A stretch of 49,795 bases of DNA from a virus (Duplodnaviria; Caudoviricetes), in the IMG/VR virus record IMGVR_UViG_3300012663_000597, positions 1 to 49,795 of that record; one strand, written 5' to 3'. Positions within the stretch are counted from its first letter, which is position 1. Every line of letters begins with the position of its first letter. A program made the translations under genes and the position numbers. The notes beneath the pieces were generated by a model that was not told where the DNA came from, searched no databases, and worked only from the letters and a program-made list of their open reading frames with translations. This document shows, in pieces, positions 1 through 8,533 of the stretch.

Positions 1-368
1 GTCTTAACTACATCGTCAAAGCCATATGTATCTTCTTCTGGGCGTGTTGTAGCATCTCCAAATCCGCCATCGATGTTTTCGCCAGCAACTGGTATCTCAA
101 TTTCACCGTCTGGCTGTCCAATAACTATTTCGTCACTGCTAGCATTTTCCATACTATGCAATAAATTCATTAGATCGCGAATACCGCCGGCACCTTGTGC
201 TGTAACATTCATAGTTACGTTGTCTTGTTGTTTTGGAGCCATAGACATCATGCTGCCACATTCTTCAACTGGCATTTCCATCTCTGTATTCTCAGTTACA
301 TTAGATGGATTAATTGCTTCTAGTTTAGCTACTAACGCTTTATATTGGTCTGCTGCTGATATCATCAT
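1..368 (-). CDS. Hypothetical acidic phage protein, 3' end beyond the window (partial)
   Basis: Not in the ORF track. Read by hand from ATG at 368 (ATGA overlap with the upstream TGA): MMISAADQYKALVAKLEAINPSNVTENTEMEMPVEECGSMM..., open to base 1. Confidence 0.75.
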   Translation of the reverse strand, partial: MMISAADQYKALVAKLEAINPSNVTENTEMEMPVEECGSMMSMAPKQQDNVTMNVTAQGAGGIRDLMNLLHSMENASSDEIVIGQPDGEIEIPVAGENIDGGFGDATTRPEEDTYGFDDVVK

Positions 369-1061
369 AGTCCTCCTGTAGACTTTGCTGTTGGCAAGGT
401 TACGTTCCTGCTGCCTACAGGGCTCTTACTATTTTCTTTAAATGCTTTAGCGGCTGGCCCTTCTGTTTTACTAGCTGGATTGCTTTTTGCTAATAGCTCG
501 TCGTTAACACCTTTATACTGTGTTAATTCTGCTCGATTTTTGCTTAACTCTTTAAGCAAACTCATTTTTTGTTTCTCGCCAACTTTATCCTGTGCGCCGC
601 CTGCTTCGTATTCTGTACCTAGCAATGCTTTTCCTGACTTTTTATCGTTAGCATGATTAATTGCGTTTTCTTCTTCTTCTTTTAAATTACGAACAACTAC
701 TGAATCGGTACCGCATTTTAATGCACCGCACACTTCTGCACATACTTGAGCAGTTGTTGCTGGGTATGCTAGGGTAACATCAAAAATAGTTACGTTTGTG
801 TTTAGGTGTGTGGGAAAGTCCATGTGCATTTCTGCAATTGGTAAACGCTTACCAGAAGAGACGCTTTCAACTCCTAATGATGCAAGGCATTGTTTTAAAT
901 GTTTGGAAGCATCTTTATGATCGCCGGCAATTTTTACCTTAAATTCATAAACTTTTTTGTTGCTTTAAATGTTTAGAAGCATCTTTATGATCGCCGGCAA
1001 TTTTTACCTTAAATTCATAAACTTTTTTGCTTTCCATTAAGTATTCTTTAAATGATTTCAT
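365..1061 (-). pseudogene. Conserved-looking phage protein (208 aa if repaired), frameshifted by a 70-bp tandem duplication
   Basis: ATG at 1061 with AGGA RBS reads MKSFKEYLMESKKVYEFKVKIAGDHKDASKHLKQQKSL-stop. Removing one 70-bp copy gives ...HLKQCLASLGVESVSSGKRLPIAEMHMDFPTH..., continuous with the tracked ORF 365..829 (697-70=627 nt). May be an assembly artefact. Confidence 0.75.
890..1029. repeat. 70-bp tandem duplication (890-959 / 960-1029)
   Basis: Two adjacent copies differing only at 893/963 (t/c) and 905/975 (g/a). Confidence 0.95.
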
Positions 1062-1079
1062 AGTTTAATCCTGATGTTG

Positions 1080-1087
1080 TATTTATT
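1080..1087 (-). promoter_or_regulatory. T4-like late promoter motif (AATAAATA)
   Basis: Matches the NATAA(A/G)TA motif recurring upstream of structural genes in this window; followed by AGGA RBS and ATG at 1061. Confidence 0.55.
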
Positions 1088-1571
1088 TCATTTGCTTTAG
1101 TTTTTCAAGCAAACTGTTGCGATCAGTAACTATAAACCCGTCACCGTTTAAATTAATGCTGTTATCGTCGCCTGTATTAGCATCTTGATCTAATTTTTGT
1201 TTCTTAAGCTGTAGCTCAATCATCTTTAATTTCTTGTCAATTTTTGCTGATTTAGCATCAATTGCATTCTTAAGCATACCGCCTGCAACTTCAAAAATCC
1301 TGCTACTATATCGTGCTTCTACATTCATACCTAAGTCCATTAAATCATCGTAGGCATCTGTTGCACGTTGAGCTAGCGCATCAAACTCTGCATCAGCGGC
1401 ATCGCCTAACCCCTTAACTTGCGGTAAACTGGCAGAAATTCTATCAAGTTCATCTGCACTTCTAAGAAACGGTTGCGCTTGATCTTTCATTTCTTTTTGT
1501 TTTTTCTTTTCTTCTTGCTTGATAATTTCTTTACTAGCAGGGAGGTTTAAAAGTTCTTCAAGTTTCTTCAT
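1083..1571 (-). CDS. Putative terminase small subunit (T4 gp16-like)
   Basis: Helical protein with 'ARYSSRIFEVAGGMLKNAIDAK', reminiscent of the gp16 'PRAYEVAGQLIK' core, then a coiled coil and C-terminal 'FIVTDRNSLLEKLK'. Size and position among head genes fit. Confidence 0.55.
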   Translation of the reverse strand: MKKLEELLNLPASKEIIKQEEKKKQKEMKDQAQPFLRSADELDRISASLPQVKGLGDAADAEFDALAQRATDAYDDLMDLGMNVEARYSSRIFEVAGGMLKNAIDAKSAKIDKKLKMIELQLKKQKLDQDANTGDDNSINLNGDGFIVTDRNSLLEKLKQMK

Positions 1572-1576
1572 AACTT

Positions 1577-1584
1577 TACTTATC
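1577..1584 (-). promoter_or_regulatory. T4-like late promoter motif (GATAAGTA), 5 nt before ATG
   Basis: Minus strand GATAAGTA-AAGTT-ATG; no room for an RBS. Confidence 0.6.
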
Positions 1585-1585
1585 C

Positions 1586-2017
1586 TTACGTTTGACTGAA
1601 TAAATCATTTTCGCTTATGATACGAAATTTTATTCCCTGTTGTTTGCACCAAATATTGGCTGCTGCCCACTTAGCTTGATTTTTAACGAACTGCGCTTGG
1701 TTGTACTTGTTTTTCCCCACACGTTCTAAAATTGCCTGACTAGCTGGCTTAATCTCAATAAGTTCAACAATCATTTTGCCCTTCTTATCTACGTATTGTA
1801 TAAAGAAATCAGGGACATATATAGTATTCCTACCAGTTAGGGGATCTCTGTACGGAATGTTAATAGCTTCACTTGCCCATTTTTGTACACTTTCGTTTGT
1901 ATCGCAAAATCGCATAAAACTCCATTCCCAACTTGATCGATATGTTGGAACTTTAGTCCCAACATACTTGTCAGGGCGAGTCATTACAAACTTACCTCGG
2001 GCAAATTTTGAAGCCAT
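1586..2017 (-). CDS. gp4: Head completion nuclease (T4 gp4-like, TnsA-N PD-(D/E)xK fold)
   Basis: YRSSWE-x-FM-x-FCD, WASE, IPY-x-DP, YVPDF, IEIKP, NQAKWAAA motifs. Confidence 0.9.
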   Translation of the reverse strand: MASKFARGKFVMTRPDKYVGTKVPTYRSSWEWSFMRFCDTNESVQKWASEAINIPYRDPLTGRNTIYVPDFFIQYVDKKGKMIVELIEIKPASQAILERVGKNKYNQAQFVKNQAKWAAANIWCKQQGIKFRIISENDLFSQT

Positions 2018-2018
2018 A

Positions 2019-2390
2019 TTATACTAGAATATTTCTAGTCTCGTAAATATCAGTTAATGGAGCAATTCGATATCCAAGTAGACTAGTACTTTCTCTGTAG
2101 GAGTTTAGCACCTGAGCTACAATCTGACTTAGTTGAACAGCTGGTAATTTTTTTAATGTGTCAAGCAATTCAAACACATTTACTGAGTCGGCTCGTGCTT
2201 GGTTTAACAGCACAATAGCTGTGCTTTTAGCACTAGTAACGTCAAATCCACTTTCTTCAAAAAATCCAACTACTGCATCAATTTGTGCGGCTGGGAAGCT
2301 AACTTCTTGCGAAAAGAATTTGTCAAAGAACTGTCTAACCTCAACCGAGCCGTCGGCGCCTACCTGAGTTGGTAAATTTGATCCGTTCAT
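2019..2390 (-). CDS. Hypothetical protein in the tail/head module
   Basis: 123-aa ORF coupled (ATGA overlap) to the upstream gene and 1 nt from the gp4 start. Confidence 0.75.
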   Translation of the reverse strand: MNGSNLPTQVGADGSVEVRQFFDKFFSQEVSFPAAQIDAVVGFFEESGFDVTSAKSTAIVLLNQARADSVNVFELLDTLKKLPAVQLSQIVAQVLNSYRESTSLLGYRIAPLTDIYETRNILV

Positions 2391-3418
2391 AATGTTGTTC
2401 CGTTAATGTTTATTTGGCCAATATTTATTTGATTGATGTTTACTTGGGTAGCTATTGTTATCGGTGAAGGATTTGATACTGTAGGAAATGCAGTATCAGT
2501 AATCCCGTTGAGTCCAGCAGTTGGGGTAGCAAACAAATTGCCAAGCGGTATAGTAGTATTTGTTAACTGTTGAGTGTTTGTGTACCCGTTAATTGTTAAC
2601 ATTAAATTTTGTAATGCTGCTATTGGATCTGTTATTACAGCTTTATTTGAAAACGTTGGACTAGCAGTATCTGTGGCAGCTGATCCTTCTTGTAAAGGAC
2701 TAGGAGATACGTCATAGTGCTCTAACCCAAATCCTTCTGGAGGATTATCATCAACTGTGCCTGTTTCGTATGCCACTGCTTCGTAAGCCAGCTTCATCGA
2801 GTTATCATGCACACCAGTTTGACTATAATCAACTTTATTGTGATTCCAACTAGTGATTACTGGGTTAATTAATTTATAGCTAACCCATTCATGTCTAGCC
2901 ATTTGATATATTGTTATATAGTTAAAAAATGCTTCTGTATTATTGTTATTATAACCGTATGGCGTTTTAACATAGTTAAAATTTTTCATTGCAGTTTTGT
3001 TATACGAACCTGCTGTAGTAGCACTAATACTGTCGGCGTAGTAATAACTATAATAATTTTGCCATAACTGATTAACTACGCCCATGTTATCGTCGTGAAA
3101 GCTAACTGTTATATCACCGTGATTATGAGTAGATTGTACTTTCTTTTTTCTATTGTACTGATTTAACGTTTCAACCACCATATTAAAACTAGGCAAATCT
3201 ACACTTTTAACTAGCATGTTGATTTCATTTTTGTGACGATCAAGAAAATCTGCATTTCTTATTGCAGTAGGATTAATGCTAAACGCTACGTGGAATAAAA
3301 ATTTATGTTTAGGTGCTAGCCTAAACTGATCATCAGTAAACAGTCGTGCAGCGTGTTGCTGATCACGAAATGTCGTTGATGTAGAATTATTTAAAAATTT
3401 ATTAGGAGTGAATGCCAT
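2387..3418 (-). CDS. Tail-tube-fold protein (gp19/gp54-like tube initiator)
   Basis: 'MLVKSVDLPSFN...LNQYNRKK...ITVSFHDD...ITIYQ...YKLINPVITSW...MKLAYE' follows the tail-tube-family pattern; directly downstream of the tube gene; low-complexity C-terminal tail. Confidence 0.65.
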   Translation of the reverse strand: MAFTPNKFLNNSTSTTFRDQQHAARLFTDDQFRLAPKHKFLFHVAFSINPTAIRNADFLDRHKNEINMLVKSVDLPSFNMVVETLNQYNRKKKVQSTHNHGDITVSFHDDNMGVVNQLWQNYYSYYYADSISATTAGSYNKTAMKNFNYVKTPYGYNNNNTEAFFNYITIYQMARHEWVSYKLINPVITSWNHNKVDYSQTGVHDNSMKLAYEAVAYETGTVDDNPPEGFGLEHYDVSPSPLQEGSAATDTASPTFSNKAVITDPIAALQNLMLTINGYTNTQQLTNTTIPLGNLFATPTAGLNGITDTAFPTVSNPSPITIATQVNINQINIGQININGTTL

Positions 3419-3423
3419 ACTAA

Positions 3424-3431
3424 TATTTATC
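3424..3431 (-). promoter_or_regulatory. T4-like late promoter motif (GATAAATA), 5 nt before ATG
   Basis: Minus strand GATAAATA-TTAGT-ATG, located just after the tube-gene terminator. Confidence 0.65.
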
Positions 3432-3465
3432 GATTGCGTAAACTGGGCAGTTTATGTATAGCCGT

Positions 3466-3488
3466 AAAAAAGCCCAGTTTCCTGGGCT
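3466..3488 (-). terminator. Rho-independent terminator after the tail tube gene
   Basis: 7-bp stem AGCCCAG/CTGGGCT with 4-nt loop, followed by a U tract on the minus strand. Confidence 0.85.
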
Positions 3489-3494
3489 AGTTTA

Positions 3495-4118
3495 TTATCG
3501 TGCGCCGGATAGCGTTGCTGCTGTTCCTGTACCACGTGTCTTAGGTGCTGCTGCTCCACCTGAAGTTTGGATACAGTTATCAGGCTGAATTGTTAAATCA
3601 ATTGTTAACAACTCTTGACCGCCATAACCTAATGCATTATAGTTAGCGGCTTGTACATAACAACCATAACATTCCCATGTTTCAAGGACCGCTGGTGTGT
3701 TAGCACCGTTACCACCGTCTAACATTTCAATACGCAACAAGAACTTGTAGTCGCCACCGGATGCCGCGCTAGATTGTTCAAAGAAGTCATATTGCTTTTG
3801 CATCTGTTCACCAACTAGCTTAGACACAGCACCAGTTACGTCATCACGTAACTTGATAGAAATTGTGTTCCACTTTGGACGTCCAGCATAGTGAATTGTT
3901 GAGTTATAAACTGCAATTGTCTGGTCATCAAAACTTACGTTTGGACGAGCAGCTTCACTAACCTGCTTGGTTAATTCTGTTGTAGGAGTTGAAGTACCAA
4001 AGTTCTCAAACATTACGCGAAAGCGGAACTTGAGCTTTGGCATCAACATGCCTTGTGATGTAGCACTTTGATCTGATGCTAGTGGTACTGTAAATTTAGA
4101 TAAACTTGCGATTGCCAT
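3495..4118 (-). CDS. gp19: Tail tube protein (T4 gp19-like)
   Basis: 'PKLKFRFRV', 'ARPNVSF', 'YAGRPKWNTISIKLRDD', 'ETWECYGCY'; immediately downstream of the sheath gene. Confidence 0.85.
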   Translation of the reverse strand: MAIASLSKFTVPLASDQSATSQGMLMPKLKFRFRVMFENFGTSTPTTELTKQVSEAARPNVSFDDQTIAVYNSTIHYAGRPKWNTISIKLRDDVTGAVSKLVGEQMQKQYDFFEQSSAASGGDYKFLLRIEMLDGGNGANTPAVLETWECYGCYVQAANYNALGYGGQELLTIDLTIQPDNCIQTSGGAAAPKTRGTGTAATLSGAR

Positions 4119-4138
4119 TTGTATGCTCCGTTATATTA

Positions 4139-7100
4139 TTATAGACCAGCAATTTCGCCAGTGTTCTTCAAGCGTAATGGAATGTAAATAAATTCCACTG
4201 CCTTAACTGGTTCAATTGCAACATCTAGATATAGTTCACTACGATCAATTCTTGAAGGTGTGTTGTTACTTGTATCACAAACTACAATGTAGTCATACAA
4301 TGCACGTTGGCCTACTAACTCTAACAATAGACTTTCTGCGGCACCCTTAATTTCGTCACGTGTAATTTTGTCGTTTGGTTCAAACACATATGGCTTAGCC
4401 AACTGCGCAAATTGACGACGTAAGTAAATTACTAAACGTGCTACGTTAATGCGATCTAATGCACTAGCATTTCTAGCACGAGTGTACTGACCGTAGTTAA
4501 CAAGTCCTGTGCCTGTAATAAATGTTATTGGATTAACCTTAACACCTGCTAATGTATCACGTTGTCCGTTGTTTAGTGCTACTGACTGGAATTCTCCTTC
4601 AGCATTAACATGTCCAACGGATGTTGCATTAGTAATACCACCACGGCGTGTACCAGCTGGTGCAAACCATGGATATGAAACGTTATCACTTAGTGCAATA
4701 GTGCGTAGCATCATGTGGCTTGGTGGAACAACAATATTGTTACCAATGTTGTCGCTAGTAAAGCCCCATGGATAAAACACGCCTAAATACTCATCAAAGC
4801 TAACTAATCCAGAGTCATTATCTTCTAATGCACCTGCTAGGTTTTGACCCCAGTTGTTTAATGTTGTAGCATCTGGAGCTAGTCTTGCTGGAGTATCACC
4901 GACAACAAACGCTGTCAATCCGCGATCGTAGTTCAAACTGATCATCTCGCCAATTAGTTCAGGATATCCTGGGCAAGCAATTAAGTTGAATATGCGGCTT
5001 TCTTCGTCACGTATTTCTTGGTTAGCATTTACTAGTGCTTGTAGTTTTTGTATAACTACTGCACGTTGAGCTTTACGACCAAATGTTCCTGCGCCATTAG
5101 CTTGATTAGCAGCTTCGCTCACCCAACGATCTGGATAATATTCATCCATTGGCTCACCTTCGCCAATTGGGCCACCTTGTTCGTAACGTGGGTTATTTGC
5201 TAGTAGATCAACATAGCCCGACACATAACGCTTAACGTTAAATCCTGAACGGCGTAAATTCCATAACAACATACCACGAGGATATAATGCAGGATCCGGA
5301 GCATCAAAATCTAGGAAATCGCTATCTAACAATTCAACAATTGAACTAGGTGTTTCTGCAATACCGTCTGTATTCCAACGTGCATCAGCAAATATAATAC
5401 CGTCGCCGGTTGTTTGATCGCCAGTATCTACAGCTACCCATTTCTTAGTTTGGAATTGATAACGATATAGTGCTGGGTAATTTTCAAGATCGCTTGTATC
5501 GATCCATAAGTCGCCTGTGGCCAACGGTGATCCGTCACTCTGTGTTTTTGGTTTAGTTGCACTTACAATTGGACCTAATGGGTCTGTTGGATCATCACCT
5601 GCTTGAGTACTTTGGTTTAAATTTTGATAACCAACCCATGTGTCTCCGTCATGAATCATAATATCGACTTGGTCGGTAATACTGCTGTACCATAGTTGGC
5701 CATCTACCGGAGCGTCTGTTGGAGCACTTGCACTAGCTTCGTAGCTAAATGATGGTGTCCATAAACTTGCAACATAGCGTTTTGCGGCTCCTGTTGGGTC
5801 GTCATAAAAGTTAGTGTTTACTCCTGTACTAAAAATAGTTTCCATTACTTCTTTAGCTGACGTGTCGACAAATTTAATGTCGCCGCCTTGTAAATGAGTA
5901 ATAACAATTCTATTGCTAGAATCTAGTTCAGCAGTAATGTTAGTACTATTTGCAATTGCTGTTTTTAATGCAATAATCAATGTATTTGCATCGTTACTTG
6001 TACCAGCTGAAGTAAATGACACAGTTACCGGTGTAGTATATGTAGCTACTACTGGTCGAGTCCAACTAACAGTAAATTCTCGAAGGCCAGCAGCAAATGT
6101 TCCAAGGCCAATGATTGACGATGTAATAACTGTTTGTCCTGCTGATTTTCTAGCATACACTTTAAAGTTTGCTAGTGGAGGAGTACCTTCGTCGTCATTA
6201 GTTTTAACATATAGTGCGCCGGCTGCTAAGTTAATTCCGCCGCCTGTTGAGTCTAATCCTTTTAATGCATTTGCATTATTAGAGTATAAATTAACAGGTT
6301 GATCAACCCATGCTGCCGTAACTGCATTGTACTTTTTAATAACCCAGCTGGCTCCTAAGTTAGGAGTAGTTGTCTTAACCCATAACGAACCTGTTGGGGC
6401 ACCGTTAACAGTTGATGGATTTTCAGATCTTTTAAACAACGGAACTTCTATGTGTGTAGAAATTTGTAGTATAGGTGCAAGATAGGTACCTGTAGTAATA
6501 CCTAATTCAGTTAAGATTGCACCTGCGCCTGTAATAACAATATTAACACCTGTTGAATACAATGCTAACTTGCCGTTGATGTTTGCCGCAGTTCTTCCAC
6601 CACTGGATAATAGATCATTAATCTCGGCCACTAAATCATCTAAATCAGTGAATCCAGTAAACGGAGTTCCAGAAATTGTCAGTGTACCTTGACCTGTTAA
6701 AGTACCAGCCGTTGAACCTTGAACTGTTGGCCAACTTGCTCTCCATTGTGTTGAGCCAACTTCTACCCAACTAATACCAGTATTAGTTACTGGTTTCTTA
6801 TACCATAATTTGTTTAAAGTTGAAACAGCAACTAATGCATAATCGCCCACTGCTCCAAAACTAGCTAATGGAGTATAGTCTTCTCCTGCAAAATCTACAA
6901 CTTGGGCACGATCAGTAATAACTTTTGGTGCTACATTAACTGATGTTTGTCCTGTGCCTACTCCAAGTTGTGCTGAATCCCACTGGAATACCCCATAGCG
7001 AGAGTTTGCAGTATTAAGCCAGTATGTACCATTAGCCGGTGCGCCTGTTGGTGCGTCTGCTGTTGCATCTAACTGATTTAAGTCTACATCTGCACGTACA

Positions 7101-7429
7101 ACATATGCACGATTGCTTACACCTAAATATGAATATGCTGCTTGCAAACCATATTCATTTTGTTCCCCAGCATGTACGGGATTGTTATTTGCATCTGTTT
7201 TAAATGTTGGTGTGCCAAATGTGTCTGCTAATTCTTTCTGACTAGTTAGCAAATATACTTTTCCAGCCTTTGATTTTGTAGTACCGTCTGCTGTACCAGT
7301 GCCTGCGCCATTTTGTTTATTTTCTGCGCTAGCAACAAAAATTAAAGGAACTGTTCCAGGGGCTGCAGGCGTATAGAAACTTTCATCTATAACTGTTACG
7401 CTTACGCCAGGTGAACTTAATTGAGCCAT
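4139..7429 (-). CDS. gp18: Tail sheath protein (T4 gp18-like), enlarged
   Basis: N-terminal 'SPGVSVTVIDES'; C-terminal 'YPWFAPAGTRRG', 'RDTL...VNPI', 'SALDRINVARL', 'VFEPND..TR', 'VVCDTSNNTP..IDR.EL..DVAIEPVKAVEFIYI'. Confidence 0.97.
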   Translation of the reverse strand: MAQLSSPGVSVTVIDESFYTPAAPGTVPLIFVASAENKQNGAGTGTADGTTKSKAGKVYLLTSQKELADTFGTPTFKTDANNNPVHAGEQNEYGLQAAYSYLGVSNRAYVVRADVDLNQLDATADAPTGAPANGTYWLNTANSRYGVFQWDSAQLGVGTGQTSVNVAPKVITDRAQVVDFAGEDYTPLASFGAVGDYALVAVSTLNKLWYKKPVTNTGISWVEVGSTQWRASWPTVQGSTAGTLTGQGTLTISGTPFTGFTDLDDLVAEINDLLSSGGRTAANINGKLALYSTGVNIVITGAGAILTELGITTGTYLAPILQISTHIEVPLFKRSENPSTVNGAPTGSLWVKTTTPNLGASWVIKKYNAVTAAWVDQPVNLYSNNANALKGLDSTGGGINLAAGALYVKTNDDEGTPPLANFKVYARKSAGQTVITSSIIGLGTFAAGLREFTVSWTRPVVATYTTPVTVSFTSAGTSNDANTLIIALKTAIANSTNITAELDSSNRIVITHLQGGDIKFVDTSAKEVMETIFSTGVNTNFYDDPTGAAKRYVASLWTPSFSYEASASAPTDAPVDGQLWYSSITDQVDIMIHDGDTWVGYQNLNQSTQAGDDPTDPLGPIVSATKPKTQSDGSPLATGDLWIDTSDLENYPALYRYQFQTKKWVAVDTGDQTTGDGIIFADARWNTDGIAETPSSIVELLDSDFLDFDAPDPALYPRGMLLWNLRRSGFNVKRYVSGYVDLLANNPRYEQGGPIGEGEPMDEYYPDRWVSEAANQANGAGTFGRKAQRAVVIQKLQALVNANQEIRDEESRIFNLIACPGYPELIGEMISLNYDRGLTAFVVGDTPARLAPDATTLNNWGQNLAGALEDNDSGLVSFDEYLGVFYPWGFTSDNIGNNIVVPPSHMMLRTIALSDNVSYPWFAPAGTRRGGITNATSVGHVNAEGEFQSVALNNGQRDTLAGVKVNPITFITGTGLVNYGQYTRARNASALDRINVARLVIYLRRQFAQLAKPYVFEPNDKITRDEIKGAAESLLLELVGQRALYDYIVVCDTSNNTPSRIDRSELYLDVAIEPVKAVEFIYIPLRLKNTGEIAGL

Positions 7430-7463
7430 GTTGTAATCTCCAATTGAATACGAATTCTACATG

Positions 7464-7471
7464 TATTTATA
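7464..7471 (-). promoter_or_regulatory. T4 late promoter TATAAATA for sheath/tube operon
   Basis: Exact T4 late consensus, followed by GGAG RBS and the ATG at 7429. Confidence 0.8.
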
Positions 7472-7501
7472 GAGATTTGGCTTTTTATACTTATAATGGG
7501 C

Positions 7502-7523
7502 CCACAAAAAGGCCACAAAAAGG
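7502..7523. repeat. 11-bp tandem direct repeat (CCACAAAAAGG x2)
   Basis: Seen directly in the divergent intergenic region between sheath and HNH-like gene. Confidence 0.85.
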
Positions 7524-7536
7524 CTTAAATAAAGTT

Positions 7537-7863
7537 ATGAGACCCTTGTGCATGTGCGGACAGCATCCTGTAGCAATTAATTACTACAAAGAAGGTAAGC
7601 CCTTCTATAGAAGTCAGTGTGGTCAATGTGCTCGCGGAGTAAAAGTTGCAAAGTGGGTACTAGCAGGTTACAAAAAGAAAAACACCTGTGATAAATGTGG
7701 GTTTAAAAGTCCCTATCAAGAGGTGTTTAGTGTATTCCATACGGATGGAAATTTAAATAATTGCAGGCCTACAAATCTTAAGACGATATGTGCAAATTGT
7801 CAACGGCTTCTTCATCGCGATGGCGTGAAGTGGAAGCAAGGTGATTTAGTACCAGATCTTTAA
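7537..7863 (+). CDS. HNH-endonuclease-like zinc-finger protein (108 aa)
   Basis: CxC/CxxC pairs plus 'VFHTDGNLNNCRPTNLKTICANCQ' HNH-type motif. Start moved from 7411 to ATG 7537, which follows TAAATA-AAGTT and avoids overlap with the sheath gene. Confidence 0.75.
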   Translation: MRPLCMCGQHPVAINYYKEGKPFYRSQCGQCARGVKVAKWVLAGYKKKNTCDKCGFKSPYQEVFSVFHTDGNLNNCRPTNLKTICANCQRLLHRDGVKWKQGDLVPDL

Positions 7864-8476
7864 CTTGTGCAAATAGGTCATCAATAGTAGTGTTGTTGTC
7901 TAACACTGCATCAAAGTTAGTTCCAACCCATGCTGTTTCACTAGCATGAATTTTAAGTTGTTCTAATTTAGCCCTGCTTAAACTCCAAGTAGTATTGCCG
8001 TTAGGGCCTGCATTTACACTAATTGCAGCATCGTACCATTCAGGTTCTGGGCCGCGGTGTACACGCACTACAATGCCGCCTGCGTCTTTAATTGACTTAA
8101 TTTCGTTAGGAAAACGACAGTCTGAAATAACAATGTCGTCTTTGCTGTTACGGAGTTTGTTTTCTAGGCTTGCAATCCAAATATTATCATGGAATGCTTT
8201 ACGGCATACTTCTGTTCCCCAATATTGCAACACCCATCGAGGAGTTAAATTAGGCATATCAAGTCGTTGTGCCCACCACGGATCTACTTGTTCGCGCCAT
8301 TCACGGGCTTGTTTAGTTCGACCCTCTAACATAGTTCGATCCCAACCAAATACATAAGCCACTGCATCTTTTAAGCTGTTAGCAAATGATTCTCGTCGAA
8401 ATCCATGAAAATTTGTAAGGTAGTCAGCAACAGTATCTTTGCCCGAACCAATAAACCCGCATACACCTATAATCAT
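7778..8476 (-). CDS. Deoxynucleoside monophosphate kinase (T4 gp1-like)
   Basis: P-loop 'GFIGSGKDT', 'SFANSLKD', 'TPRWVLQYWGTEVCR', 'VISDCRFPNE', 'HASE'; AGGAG RBS. Confidence 0.92.
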   Translation of the reverse strand: MIIGVCGFIGSGKDTVADYLTNFHGFRRESFANSLKDAVAYVFGWDRTMLEGRTKQAREWREQVDPWWAQRLDMPNLTPRWVLQYWGTEVCRKAFHDNIWIASLENKLRNSKDDIVISDCRFPNEIKSIKDAGGIVVRVHRGPEPEWYDAAISVNAGPNGNTTWSLSRAKLEQLKIHASETAWVGTNFDAVLDNNTTIDDLFAQVKDLVLNHLASTSRHRDEEAVDNLHISS

Positions 8477-8497
8477 AGCGTCTCCTAAAGTAACGCT

Positions 8498-8526
8498 AGT
8501 ATATAACAGTTTTATTACAAGGTCAA
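8498..8526 (-). promoter_or_regulatory. Sigma70-type promoter for dNMP kinase
   Basis: Minus strand TTGACC-N17-TATACT, upstream of AGGAG RBS and ATG 8476. Confidence 0.8.
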
Positions 8527-8533
8527 ATATTTT

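Noticed and set aside
73-381. Plus-strand 102-aa ORF
   Set aside because: Antisense shadow of the minus-strand partial gene 1..368, which is translationally coupled to its neighbour.
7411-7536. N-terminal extension of the HNH ORF
   Set aside because: Overlaps the sheath start and promoter; ATG 7537 fits better.
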